DNA from: Rhizobacter sp.
Lineage (GTDB): Bacteria > Pseudomonadota > Gammaproteobacteria > Burkholderiales > Burkholderiaceae_C
Assembly: GCA_046598195.1 (NCBI GenBank)
Contig: JBKJJF010000175.1
Location: forward strand, 19,783 to 83,782
Direction of reading: 5' to 3'
Length of the DNA: 64,000 bases
Shown: piece by piece, positions 13,739 to 23,333 of the stretch
Numbering within the stretch: the first letter of the stretch is position 1
Layout of the letters: each line of letters begins with the position of its first letter
The notes under the pieces: generated by a model
Databases searched by the model: none
What the model was told of the DNA's origin: nothing
The model's input: the letters and a program-made list of their open reading frames with translations, nothing else
Made by a program: the position numbers and the translations under genes

Positions 13739-14716
13739 ATGAAGGCATGGCTTTGCGAGAACCCGATCGGCCCCGAAGCGCTGGAATGGAAGGACCTGCC
13801 GACACCCGAGCCCAAGGCGGGCGAAGTGCGCATCGCCATCAAGGCGGCAAGCCTGAATTTTCCCGACCTGCTGATCGTGCAGAACAAGTACCAGTTCAAG
13901 CCGCCACTTCCCTTCGTGCCGGGCTCCGAATACGCGGGTGTGATCGACGCCATCGGCGAAGGTGTGACCCACTTTAAGGTGGGCGATGCCGTGGCGGCCT
14001 TTGGGGGCGGCGGTGGTTTCGGCACCCAGGTGTGCGCCAAGACCTCGCTGCTGATGCCACTGCCCAAAGGCTTTGCGTTCGACGACGCAGCCGCCTTCCT
14101 GTGCACCTATGGCACCACCCACCATGCGCTGATGGATCGCGGCCTGCTCAAGGCCGGCGAAACCGTGCTGGTGCTGGGCGCTGCAGGCGGCGTGGGCACG
14201 GCCGCCATCCAGATCGCCAAGGCTGCGGGCGCCAAGGTGATCGCTGCGGCTTCGAGCGACGAAAAGTGCGCGTTCTGCAAAGAGCTGGGCGCTGACGCCA
14301 CCATCAACTACAGCACCGGCAACCTGCGCGAGGAGCTCAAGGCGCTCACCGACGGCAAAGGCCCCGACATCGTCTACGACCCGGTGGGCGGCGACCTGGC
14401 CGAGCCGGCCTTCCGCTCCATCGCCTGGCGTGGCCGCTACCTGGTGATCGGCTTTGCGCAAGGCGGCATCCCCGCCCTGCCGCTGAACCTGGCGTTGCTC
14501 AAGGGCGCGTCCATCGTGGGTGTGTTCTGGGGCGAGTTCGCGCGCCGCGAGCCGAGACAACATGCCACTGCCCTGGCCGAGCTGGCCAGCTGGTACGCGC
14601 AGGGCAAGATCAAGCCAGTGATCGACACCCGCCTGCCGATGACCTCGCTGAAAGAAGCCTTCACCCGCATGGGCAGCCGCCAGGTGTGCGGCAAGCTGGT
14701 GCTCGTCAACGAGTGA
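13739..14716 (+). CDS. NADPH:quinone oxidoreductase (MDR family)
   Basis: SLNFPD...G.YQ.KP.LPFVPGSE, GAAGGVG, GKLVL. Confidence 0.9.
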   Translation: MKAWLCENPIGPEALEWKDLPTPEPKAGEVRIAIKAASLNFPDLLIVQNKYQFKPPLPFVPGSEYAGVIDAIGEGVTHFKVGDAVAAFGGGGGFGTQVCAKTSLLMPLPKGFAFDDAAAFLCTYGTTHHALMDRGLLKAGETVLVLGAAGGVGTAAIQIAKAAGAKVIAAASSDEKCAFCKELGADATINYSTGNLREELKALTDGKGPDIVYDPVGGDLAEPAFRSIAWRGRYLVIGFAQGGIPALPLNLALLKGASIVGVFWGEFARREPRQHATALAELASWYAQGKIKPVIDTRLPMTSLKEAFTRMGSRQVCGKLVLVNE

Positions 14717-14778
14717 GGTCGGTTTCGGCGCACCGCCGATAATTCCGCTGGCGCGAGCCGATCGCGCGGAGGATCCCG

Positions 14779-15768
14779 GTGCGCCGACTGCTGCTCAAAC
14801 TGCCTCTGCTGGCCCTGTGGCCCGGTGCGGCCATCGCGCAAGGCCGTAGCGAGCCGTTGCGCTTTGGTGTCATCACCACCACGACGGTTGAAGACTCTCG
14901 TGCCGCCTGGGAGCCGTTTTTTGCCGACATGCGCAGCGCCACCGGCCTGCCCATCCAGGGCTGGTACGCACAAAGCTACCTCGACGCCGCCGAGGCCCTT
15001 GTCACCAACAAGGTGCAACTCGCCTGGGTGTCGAACAAGGCGGCGCTCGATTGCATCGAGCGCGCCAACGTCGAGGTCTTCGGTCAATTGGTCGATTCCA
15101 ACGGCTCGCTGGGCTACCGCGCACTCATCGTCACCCGGCGCGACTCGGGGTTGAGCTCCATCGAGCAATTGCTGGCACGACCCAAGACCCACGGTTTTGC
15201 CCTGGGCGAAGACATCTCGACCAGCGGCCACCTGATGCCTTCGTATGCGCTCTTCGTGCCGCGCAACATCAAGCCATCAGAGCAATTCAACCCGCTGCTG
15301 CGCGGCACCCACGCGCAGACGGTCGACGCCGTGCTGAGCGGCAAGGCACACGCCGGCACCTACAACACCGAAGAGCTCGATCGCCTGAAGATCCGTCAGC
15401 CCGCCCAGGCCGCACGCCTGCGCGTGCTGTGGGAATCAGCGCTGATCCCGAAAGACCCGCTGTTGTGGCGCACCGACCTGCCGCTGTCGCTGCGCACACG
15501 CTTGTCGTCGTTCCTCTTCTCGTATGGCAAGACGCCCGATGAAAAGTCTCGCCTCAAGCAGATGTTTGACTTGGCGGGCTTCAAAGCCTCCAACAACCAG
15601 CAACTCAAGTTCGTGCTCGAAATCGAAGACTTCAAGCTGCGCTCCGAGGTGCTGCTCGACGCACGCCTGAGCGAAGCCCAGAAGAACGAGCGACTGCTCG
15701 ACCTGCGCGACCGCTACACCCGCCTGGCGCGCGCCCTGCAAACCAGCCCGGGCGGATCGCGCCAATGA
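14779..15768 (+). CDS. PhnD-family phosphate/phosphite/phosphonate substrate-binding protein (no transporter genes adjacent)
   Basis: Signal peptide, GY.A.IV.R.DS, STSG.L.P, GTH, LWES..IP.DP. Confidence 0.82.
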   Translation: MRRLLLKLPLLALWPGAAIAQGRSEPLRFGVITTTTVEDSRAAWEPFFADMRSATGLPIQGWYAQSYLDAAEALVTNKVQLAWVSNKAALDCIERANVEVFGQLVDSNGSLGYRALIVTRRDSGLSSIEQLLARPKTHGFALGEDISTSGHLMPSYALFVPRNIKPSEQFNPLLRGTHAQTVDAVLSGKAHAGTYNTEELDRLKIRQPAQAARLRVLWESALIPKDPLLWRTDLPLSLRTRLSSFLFSYGKTPDEKSRLKQMFDLAGFKASNNQQLKFVLEIEDFKLRSEVLLDARLSEAQKNERLLDLRDRYTRLARALQTSPGGSRQ

Positions 15769-15839
15769 CATTCGCGGGATACAAGCGGCGCAACGAGTGC
15801 GCTACGATGCAAGACCCCTCCTGAGAGCATCCCCACGGC

Positions 15840-16583
15840 ATGGCTATCAAGGTTCTGATCGTTGAAGACAACCCGGTCGCGCGCAGCTTTCTCTGCCGCG
15901 TGGTGCGCGAAAGCTTCAGCGACGCCATCGTCTTCACCGAAGCCGGCGACCTCGAAACCGCCCGACGCCAGGTGGGTGTGGTCGACCCGCTGCGCGCCGA
16001 GCTGTCGGCCGACCCCTTCAAGCTGGTGCTGGTCGACCTGGAGCTGCCCGATGGCAACGGCATGGAGCTGCTGGCCGAGCTGGCCCGCTACCCGGCCACC
16101 AAGATCGTCACCACGCTTTACTCCGACGACGACCACCTCTTCCCTGCCCTGCAATGCGGCGCCGATGGTTACCTGCTGAAAGAAGACCGCTTCGAGGTGC
16201 TGGTCGAAGAGCTGCAGAAGATCGTGCGCGGCCAGCCACCGCTGTCGCCAGCGATCGCGCGGCGCCTGTTGAGCCACTTCAGGCAAGGGCCTGGCGGCAT
16301 GGGCGGGCTCGCCGAACCGGGCCTGGCCGGCACTTCGGGCTTTCAGAGCAGCCGCCCGATGCCGCTTGGCCGCGGCGCCCCGCTCGACCACGAACGCCTG
16401 ACGCCGCGCGAGAGCGAGGTGCTGACCTACCTCAGCAAGGGCTTCACCATCAAGGAAATCGCCAACCTGATGGGCATCAAGTGGTTCACCGTCAACGACC
16501 ACATCAAGTCGATCTACAAGAAGCTGAACGTGTCGAGCCGCGCCGAAGCCGCGGTGCTGGCCAGCAAACAAGGCCTGGTCTGA
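15840..16583 (+). CDS. NarL/LuxR-family response regulator
   Basis: Receiver (VED, DLELPDGNG, GADGYLLK) and LTPRESEVL...HIKSIYKKLNV HTH. Confidence 0.93.
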   Translation: MAIKVLIVEDNPVARSFLCRVVRESFSDAIVFTEAGDLETARRQVGVVDPLRAELSADPFKLVLVDLELPDGNGMELLAELARYPATKIVTTLYSDDDHLFPALQCGADGYLLKEDRFEVLVEELQKIVRGQPPLSPAIARRLLSHFRQGPGGMGGLAEPGLAGTSGFQSSRPMPLGRGAPLDHERLTPRESEVLTYLSKGFTIKEIANLMGIKWFTVNDHIKSIYKKLNVSSRAEAAVLASKQGLV

Positions 16584-16660
16584 GAGCCTGAGAGTTTTTC
16601 GCTCATGCCCGAAAAACTCCCAGGCTCTGACGCCGCTTAGGCCCCATCGGGTACGCCACC

Positions 16661-18958
16661 ATGGACATGCGATTGCGTGGTGCGCCCTCTTCTTCTCCCC
16701 GCACGGCGGGTGACCTGGCGAGCAGCAGCTTCAGCCTCGGCCCCGATTCCAGCCACCTCGACTCCGGCCTGCTCGAGCGCAGCTTCGGCGGTGACGAGCC
16801 CTTGTCGCGCTGGATGGGCTGGCGGCTCCGGCTGCTCGTCATCGCGGCCTTGCTGGGCTGTGTGGGCGTGCTGCTGCTGGCACGCTGGCTCGCCGAGTCA
16901 CCGCATCTCGACGCCACCTGGAAGGCTGGCGCACAAGGCCAGCTGGAGTTGGTGTCGTCTGCCGACCCCCTGCTCACACCGCATGAGGGTCGCGCCCTGC
17001 TCGGGGTGATCGGTGGCGACAGCAGCATGGCCGTGGTCGACGGGCTGACACTTCGGCGCTCATCGCGCTGGCTCACCGACGACATCGAGCGCGAGCGCCA
17101 CCGCGCCATGCAAGAACAGCTGTCCACCGCGATGGCGCAGGGCAAGGTGAAGCTGTTCTTCTCAGAAGGCGAGATGGCCGAGGTGTCGCTGTCACGGCGT
17201 GGGCTGGGCTCGCTGGGGGCCATGTTCTGGCTGCTGTCGGGCCTGGCCCTGGTGCTCTACCTGGTGGCCATGGTGGTGGTGCTGGCGCGGCCCACGGCGC
17301 GCAACCTGCTGTACGCATTGGCGGCCTTGTGCCAGTCAGGCAACCTGGCCCTCATCGCCATCGAGTCGACCATGGGGCTGGCCTTGCCGCTGCCCTTGCC
17401 GCGCTGGAACATGCCGCTGCACATGAGCCTCGATCTACTCACCGCCGCCGCCGTGGTGCACGCCTCGGCCCTGCACCCGCGGCGCATGCCGGGCGCTGGC
17501 ATCGTGGCATGGCTGAGCTGGATGAGCATGACCGCGTTGATCGTGCTGATCGGCAACGCCGAGCTGAGCGGTGCCTGGTGGTGGCTGCAGGGCAGCGTGA
17601 CGGTGTTCGGCTTGGCGGCCATTGCCTTGCTCACCTGGTCGCACCGCATCGAGCCGCACCCTTTTGCCATCGTCATGCGGCGCTTCGGCGTGCTGGCGGT
17701 CGGTACCTGGGTGCTGTTGACGCTCACGCTCGCGGCCTCCAGCGACGCGCCGCAAATCCAGCAGCAGATTGCCGCTGCAGGGCCGACGATCTGGACGGTT
17801 TTTCTGGCCTCGCTTCTGTTGTTGCTGCCCTTCCTGTCGAAGTCGCAGCAGGTGATGCGCGAATTCTCGTTGCTGGCGGCCATCAGCACCGTTGCCACGG
17901 CACTCGACCTGCTGTTTGTCGCGGTCTTCTCGTTCGGCCAGTTCGCCTCGCTCACGCTGGCGCTGTTCTTGTCGCTGGGGCTTTATTCCGGCGCGCGCCA
18001 ATGGCTGCTCAACCAGGTGCGCAACCACAACGTGCTCACCACCGAGCGCATGTTCGAGAAGCTGTACCGCATCGCCCGCGAGGTCGAAGCCCACCCCGAG
18101 CGCACGCCCGCCCTGCTCACCCAGCTGCTGCGCGAGTTGTTCGAGCCCATGGAGGCCGTGGTCATCGACCAACGTTGCCCTGCCACTCGCGTGACGGATG
18201 GCGGGTCAACGCTCATCATCCCCGTGCCCGAGCTGACGAATGGTGCCGACGGCGAGGCAAGCTCCATCGTGATCCGCTTTGCACACCACGGGCGCCGCCT
18301 GTTCACCACCGATGACGCCCGCCTGGCCGAGCGTGTGGTGGAGCAGCTGCGCCGCGCGGTGGCGTTCGACAAAGCCGTCGAGCAAGGCCGCAGCGAGGAG
18401 CGGCTGCGCCTCGCGCAAGACCTGCACGACGACATTGGCGCGCGGTTGCTGACGCTGATGTACAAGGCCCAGTCGCCCGAGATGGAGAACTACGTGCGTC
18501 ATACGCTGCAAGACCTGAAGACGTTGACGCGCGGCCTGGCAGCACCCAATCACCCGTTGTCACACGCCGCGGCCGAATGGAAATCTGACCTCACGCAGCG
18601 CCTCACGGCGGCTCACATGTCGCTGGGCTGGAGCTTCAGTGCCGACCGCGACATCTCGCTCACCGTGGTGCAGTGGTCGGCGCTCACGCGCGTGATGAGA
18701 GAGCTGGTCAACAACGTCATCGCACATTCGCAAGCGCGGCGGGTCGACATCGAGTTCGTGCTCGATGGTGACCGCCTCGATCTCAGCGTCACCGACAACG
18801 GCGCCGGGCGCAACCCGCAAGCCTGGGCGCATGGGCTGGGGTTGGGCGGCGTGCGCAAGCGCGTCAAGCAGCTCGGCGGCGAGGTCGACTGGCGCGAAGT
18901 GCCCAACGGCGGCATCTGCTGCCGGGTGTGTATTCGGCAGCTGTCGGAGAAAACCTGA
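16661..18958 (+). CDS. Multi-TM sensor histidine kinase (HisKA_3 type)
   Basis: ERLRLAQDLHDDIG H-box, ELVNN N-box, VTDNG, GLGL; many TM helices. Confidence 0.9.
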   Translation: MDMRLRGAPSSSPRTAGDLASSSFSLGPDSSHLDSGLLERSFGGDEPLSRWMGWRLRLLVIAALLGCVGVLLLARWLAESPHLDATWKAGAQGQLELVSSADPLLTPHEGRALLGVIGGDSSMAVVDGLTLRRSSRWLTDDIERERHRAMQEQLSTAMAQGKVKLFFSEGEMAEVSLSRRGLGSLGAMFWLLSGLALVLYLVAMVVVLARPTARNLLYALAALCQSGNLALIAIESTMGLALPLPLPRWNMPLHMSLDLLTAAAVVHASALHPRRMPGAGIVAWLSWMSMTALIVLIGNAELSGAWWWLQGSVTVFGLAAIALLTWSHRIEPHPFAIVMRRFGVLAVGTWVLLTLTLAASSDAPQIQQQIAAAGPTIWTVFLASLLLLLPFLSKSQQVMREFSLLAAISTVATALDLLFVAVFSFGQFASLTLALFLSLGLYSGARQWLLNQVRNHNVLTTERMFEKLYRIAREVEAHPERTPALLTQLLRELFEPMEAVVIDQRCPATRVTDGGSTLIIPVPELTNGADGEASSIVIRFAHHGRRLFTTDDARLAERVVEQLRRAVAFDKAVEQGRSEERLRLAQDLHDDIGARLLTLMYKAQSPEMENYVRHTLQDLKTLTRGLAAPNHPLSHAAAEWKSDLTQRLTAAHMSLGWSFSADRDISLTVVQWSALTRVMRELVNNVIAHSQARRVDIEFVLDGDRLDLSVTDNGAGRNPQAWAHGLGLGGVRKRVKQLGGEVDWREVPNGGICCRVCIRQLSEKT

Positions 18959-18969
18959 AGCCGCAAAGC

Positions 18970-18999
18970 AAAAGGCCCCCGATCACTCGGGGGCCTTTT
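18970..18999. terminator. Bidirectional intrinsic terminator
   Basis: AAAAGGCCCCCGA-tcac-TCGGGGGCCTTTT between convergent kinase and tRNA-His. Confidence 0.85.
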
Positions 19000-19007
19000 C
19001 TATTTTT

Positions 19008-19084
19008 TGGGGTGGCTGATGGGGCTCGAACCCACGACAACAGGAATCACAATCCTGGACTCTACCAACTGAGCTACAGCCACC
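19008..19084 (-). tRNA. tRNA-His(GTG)
   Basis: Reverse complement GGTGGCTGTAGCTCAGTTGGTAGAGTCCAGGATTGTGATTCCTG...GGTTCGAGCCCCATCAGCCACCCCA; G-1 and encoded CCA. Confidence 0.97.
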
Positions 19085-19123
19085 GCAGAGCCGCAAATTA
19101 TAGCGGAAGTGTTATCCCCTTCA

Positions 19124-21058
19124 TCACTTGGGTACCGCGCTCTCCGCAACTGAAGGCATGTTCACCTCGACCTTGAAGCGCGCTTTCAGAGCGTTGTAGT
19201 AGGCCAAGGCCTCAGCCGCCCCCCAGGTTTGCGAGTACTGCGACGCAGCGCGCGCCGAATCAGCAGCCACCGGGTCGCGACCCAGCACCTTCACGATGCG
19301 CGCGACCACGTAACCATCGTCAACCAACTCAACGCCGGTCACCGCAGGCAGCGTGGCCGCGGGCGCCTTGAGCACCGCATCGACCACCTGGCGGAGAACG
19401 TCCTTGGCTTGCGCGCGCGACACGGTTTGCAGGGGTGTGCCGAGGTCGGTGTTGGGTGCCAGGCGCAGCGTCGCGAGGCGGGCCTCACCTTCCTTGCGAG
19501 CCAGCGCAGCCGCCTGAATGGCGACCACCCGCTCGCGCACACGCACGCTGACCTCCGCCAGGGGTTGCATGGCGGCCGGGCTGTGTAGCACCACACGTGC
19601 CGACACCAAGGTATTGACGGCTGTTTCCACCGCTTCGGTGTTGCGCTTGTTGCGCAAGGCATCGGCGCCGAACAAAGCCTCAAGGAGCTTGGCCGAGGCC
19701 AGCGGGCCGGTGGCGTCAGGCAAGGGCTTGCGTGTCACGCCCTTGGCGCTGCGCAGTTCAAGCTTGAGCTTGTCGGCGGCGGGTTTGAGGCTGTCGGATT
19801 GCTCGTACACCAAGTTGTTGAACTCGGCAGCGGCCTTGGCGTACTCGGCTTGGGCCAGCTGCTTCTTGCGCTCTTGCTCGATGTCGGCGCGAACACTCTC
19901 AAAGCTGCGCTTGTCGCCCCCACGCAGCGCCTTGAGCTGAAGAATGTAAAAGCCTTCGCTGGTCTCGGCGACCGGGCTCAGATCGCCCGGTTTCTTCATG
20001 GCGAACAGCACGTCTTCGTAGGCCTTGTCTGTGTCGCCACGCGCCATGAACAGGTCAACCTCACCGCCCTTGTCGGCCGTGCTCCCGTCTTGCGAGTTCT
20101 TGCGCGCCACGTCGGCGAACGATGCCGGGCTCTTGGTCAGCTCGGCCAGCAAGGCATCGGCTTTGGCACGTGCCTTCGCACGCTCTTCGGCCGGCATGGT
20201 CTTGCCCGCCTTGATCAGGATGTGGCTGGCCTTGCGCTCTTCAGCCACCGCGTAAAGCTTCTGCGCGTTGTCGTCGTAGTACTTCTTGATCTCGTCTTCG
20301 GACACCTTGATGCCCTTCTTGATGCTTTCGATGTCGAGCACCACGTACTCGATGTCGGCCTTCTCTTGCGTCTGGAACTCGGCCGCATGCGCGGGGTTCT
20401 TGTAGTAAGCATCGAGGTCGGCCGCGCTCGGATTGACCTTGCTCAGGTAGTCCTTGGTGTCAAAACGCTGCAGTTGCACTTCGCGTTGCTGGAACAGCGC
20501 GTCCATCGCGCTCGATGCCGATGCGGCCGGCGCGAGCACCGTGCCGACCACACCCATCTGCACCTGGCGCATCACGAGCTCTTCGCGCTTGATCTGGTCA
20601 AAACGCTGCTTGTTCAGCCCCTGTGCGGCGAGCGCTTGCTCCAACCCCGGAACGTTCAGGCTACCGTCAGGTTTACGAAACGGGTCGAACTGTCGGTCGG
20701 TCATGTACTCGCGCAGCAGGCGCTCGTCGGTCGTCACGTAACCCGCCTTGTCGGCCGCGGCGAGAAACACCTGCTCACGCACCAAGCCGTCGAGCGTGTT
20801 GCGCTTCATCTGGGGCGAGTCGAACATCTTGACGTCGAGGCCGGGCATCTGGCTGCGCAGCATGTCGACTTGGCGGCGGTGCGCGGCATCGAGCTCGGCC
20901 TGGCTGATCTTGCGCGAGCCCACACTGGCCACGGTTGTATTGGCGCCGCCCGTCGAACCGCTGTAGCCCTCGATGCCGAACAGCACGAAAGAGGGAATGA
21001 TCAGCAGCACCAAGACGAACAAAAGAACGCGGGTGTGCTTGCGGAAAATTTCAAACAT
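19124..21058 (-). CDS. ppiD: Periplasmic chaperone/PPIase PpiD (SurA N-terminal plus rotamase)
   Basis: N-terminal anchor LIIPSFVLFGIEGY, SHILIK, FADVARKNSQD.STADKGG; downstream of hupB. Confidence 0.88.
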   Translation of the reverse strand: MFEIFRKHTRVLLFVLVLLIIPSFVLFGIEGYSGSTGGANTTVASVGSRKISQAELDAAHRRQVDMLRSQMPGLDVKMFDSPQMKRNTLDGLVREQVFLAAADKAGYVTTDERLLREYMTDRQFDPFRKPDGSLNVPGLEQALAAQGLNKQRFDQIKREELVMRQVQMGVVGTVLAPAASASSAMDALFQQREVQLQRFDTKDYLSKVNPSAADLDAYYKNPAHAAEFQTQEKADIEYVVLDIESIKKGIKVSEDEIKKYYDDNAQKLYAVAEERKASHILIKAGKTMPAEERAKARAKADALLAELTKSPASFADVARKNSQDGSTADKGGEVDLFMARGDTDKAYEDVLFAMKKPGDLSPVAETSEGFYILQLKALRGGDKRSFESVRADIEQERKKQLAQAEYAKAAAEFNNLVYEQSDSLKPAADKLKLELRSAKGVTRKPLPDATGPLASAKLLEALFGADALRNKRNTEAVETAVNTLVSARVVLHSPAAMQPLAEVSVRVRERVVAIQAAALARKEGEARLATLRLAPNTDLGTPLQTVSRAQAKDVLRQVVDAVLKAPAATLPAVTGVELVDDGYVVARIVKVLGRDPVAADSARAASQYSQTWGAAEALAYYNALKARFKVEVNMPSVAESAVPK

Positions 21059-21115
21059 CTGTGACCTCAATCAATGCGCGGCAGAGCGGGGGCAATCCAA
21101 TCACCCCAGATGCGA

Positions 21116-21141
21116 CAAAGGCGAACCCAAGTTCGCCTTTG
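21116..21141 (-). terminator. Hairpin downstream of tRNA-Val
   Basis: CAAAGGCGAAC-ccaa-GTTCGCCTTTG perfect 11-bp stem. Confidence 0.65.
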
Positions 21142-21207
21142 CAGAGTAAACAGTGAGAATTTTAGCTGATGGCAACGTGCCTGCAGGGGGCTCGTGCGGC
21201 GTCTCGT

Positions 21208-21283
21208 TGGTGGGTGCTGAGGGGCTCGAACCCCCGACCTACGCCTTGTAAGGGCGCCGCTCTACCAACTGAGCTAAGCACCC
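21208..21283 (-). tRNA. tRNA-Val(TAC)
   Basis: Reverse complement GGGTGCTTAGCTCAGTTGGTAGAGCGGCGCCCTTACAAGGCG...GGTTCGAGCCCCTCAGCACCCACCA. Confidence 0.97.
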
Positions 21284-21293
21284 GAGACTTCAA

Positions 21294-21566
21294 TCAGTTG
21301 ACCGCATCCTTCAGGGCCTTGCCCGGGCGAAACTTCGGTACTTTGGCAGCCTTGATCTTGATGGCGGCGCCGGTGCGAGGGTTGCGGCCAGCACGTGCTG
21401 CGCGCTTGCTGACACTGAATGTGCCGAAGCCCACCAGCGATACGCTGTTGTTCTTCTTGAGCGTTGATTTCACACCGCCGATCAGGGCTTCCAGCGCGCG
21501 CGCGGCAGCTGCTTTGGAAATGTCAGCCTGCTTGGCAATGTGTTCAATCAATTCGGATTTGTTCAC
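21294..21566 (-). CDS. hupB: DNA-binding protein HU
   Basis: MNKSELI...GFGTF...[12 protein letters not shown]...[14 protein letters not shown]; GTG start. Confidence 0.96.
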   Translation of the reverse strand: MNKSELIEHIAKQADISKAAAARALEALIGGVKSTLKKNNSVSLVGFGTFSVSKRAARAGRNPRTGAAIKIKAAKVPKFRPGKALKDAVN

Positions 21567-21792
21567 GAAGGTACCCCCTCAAAAAGGTGCATCGAAAGAA
21601 TTTGGGTGAATGATCTGTGCCGCGCCGATGTTCACAAAACAGCTGGCTTCACGGCTCAAACGATTACAGCCGCAGGCCCACCCAGTGTCAAGCGCGGAAG
21701 CGGATTCTATGCGTAATCAACTGCATCCTCGGTGCGCTGCGCCACGTGCTTCCACGCTTGACAAGCCCCGGTGCCGCGCCTACTTCAAGACC

Positions 21793-22701
21793 TCATGCTG
21801 TCGAGGGCGCGGGCTTTCCCTCACTCCGCACCACCATCGACACACCCAATGCGGTGAGTGCCATGCCCAACAACATGACGGGCGTCAGCGGCTCCTTGAA
21901 AAGAAGCCAGGCCATGAGCGCAGTGCTCGGCGGCACGAGGTACAGCAGGCTCGTGACTTGTGTTGCTGCACCGCGCTGAATCAAGAGGTACAGCAGCGAA
22001 CTGCCACCCAAGGTGAGGCCGATCACCGACCACACCATGGCACCAAGGAAGTGCGGGTGCAACACCACCTGTTCAGATTCCAACAGTGCTATCGGCAAGC
22101 TCACCACCAGCGCCGCGAACAACTGCACCGAGTTCGCCGTTCGCACATCACACGGTGCGACGTAACGCTTCTGATAGAGCGTGCCCACGGTGATCGACAA
22201 CAAGGCAAGCGCCGCGAGCGACAGATTCCACGCCGACAACTCACCCACGCCGAGCTTGCGCCACACGACCAGCAACAAGCCGGCCAAGCCCAATAACAAA
22301 CCGAGCCATTGCCGACGCGATGTGCGCTCTCCTTCGGACTGCTGGGTCTGACTCAGCCACACGGCCGTCAGCACCGGTTGCAAGCCCACCAGCAAAGCCA
22401 CCGTGCCTGCCCCCATGCCCGCCTTGACGGCGGCCCACACACCACCGAGGTAACCCGCGTGCATCAGCACACCGCTCACGAAAAGGTGCAGCCACTGGGC
22501 CCGGGTTTTCGGCCACTCCACACGCGCCAATGCGATCCACACGCCAAAGCACAGCAGCGACAAGGCATAACGGATGCTGAGAAAGGTGATCGGCGGCGCG
22601 TGCGGCATGCCATAGCGCGCGACGATGAACCCGGTGCTCCAGATCAGCACAAACACCACCGGCATGGCACGCAGCAGCGCACCTTGCTGAGACCAGATCA
22701 T
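21793..22701 (-). CDS. DMT/EamA-family transporter
   Basis: FVLIWSTGF, LQPVLTA, SLLYLVPP; about ten TM segments. Confidence 0.9.
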   Translation of the reverse strand: MIWSQQGALLRAMPVVFVLIWSTGFIVARYGMPHAPPITFLSIRYALSLLCFGVWIALARVEWPKTRAQWLHLFVSGVLMHAGYLGGVWAAVKAGMGAGTVALLVGLQPVLTAVWLSQTQQSEGERTSRRQWLGLLLGLAGLLLVVWRKLGVGELSAWNLSLAALALLSITVGTLYQKRYVAPCDVRTANSVQLFAALVVSLPIALLESEQVVLHPHFLGAMVWSVIGLTLGGSSLLYLLIQRGAATQVTSLLYLVPPSTALMAWLLFKEPLTPVMLLGMALTALGVSMVVRSEGKPAPSTA

Positions 22702-22708
22702 GGGCGAC

Positions 22709-23275
22709 TCATCGCGCCTTGGCTCGAATCTCGGGCAGAGCCTTCTTCAGGTAATACACCATCGACCAGATGGTCAACACCGCTGCGGCGTAGATGAGCA
22801 CCGTACCCCAGAGGTGGGTGTCGATCAGGCCGAACAGCTTGCCGTGGAACAGCAGGAACGGAATGGCCACCATCTGCACCACGGTCTTGACCTTGCCCAG
22901 CATGTGCACGGCCACACTTCGCGAGGCGCCGATCTGCGCCATCCATTCACGCAGGGCGGATATCGCGATCTCGCGACCGATGATCACAAACGCGACCAGC
23001 GCTTCCAGCCGGCCCAGCTGAACCAGTATCAACAGCGACGCACACACCAGAAACTTGTCGGCCACCGGGTCGAGAAAGGCGCCGAACGACGAGGTCTGGT
23101 TGAGCTTGCGCGCAAGGTAGCCGTCAGCCCAGTCGGTCAGGGCCACCACGATGAAGAGCACCGTGGCCACCAGGTTCTTGGTGGGTTCGTGCCCGTCGAC
23201 GTAGAAGATGCCGACGATCAGCGGGATCGCGACGATGCGCGCCCAGGTCAGCAGGGTGGGCAAATTGAAAAACAT
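22709..23275 (-). CDS. pgsA: Phosphatidylglycerophosphate synthase
   Basis: NLPTLLTWARI, TDWADGYLAR..NQTSSFGAFLDPVADK. Confidence 0.96.
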   Translation of the reverse strand: MFFNLPTLLTWARIVAIPLIVGIFYVDGHEPTKNLVATVLFIVVALTDWADGYLARKLNQTSSFGAFLDPVADKFLVCASLLILVQLGRLEALVAFVIIGREIAISALREWMAQIGASRSVAVHMLGKVKTVVQMVAIPFLLFHGKLFGLIDTHLWGTVLIYAAAVLTIWSMVYYLKKALPEIRAKAR

Positions 23276-23333
23276 CGGGGCATTGTGCCGAAGTTCTTTG
23301 GCCTCGCCCCTGATGCCCGTCAATCGCGATCGA

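Noticed and set aside
13739-19084. Integrative island at the tRNA-His 3' end
   Set aside because: No integrase, no duplicated tRNA 3' end found, and no obvious compositional shift.
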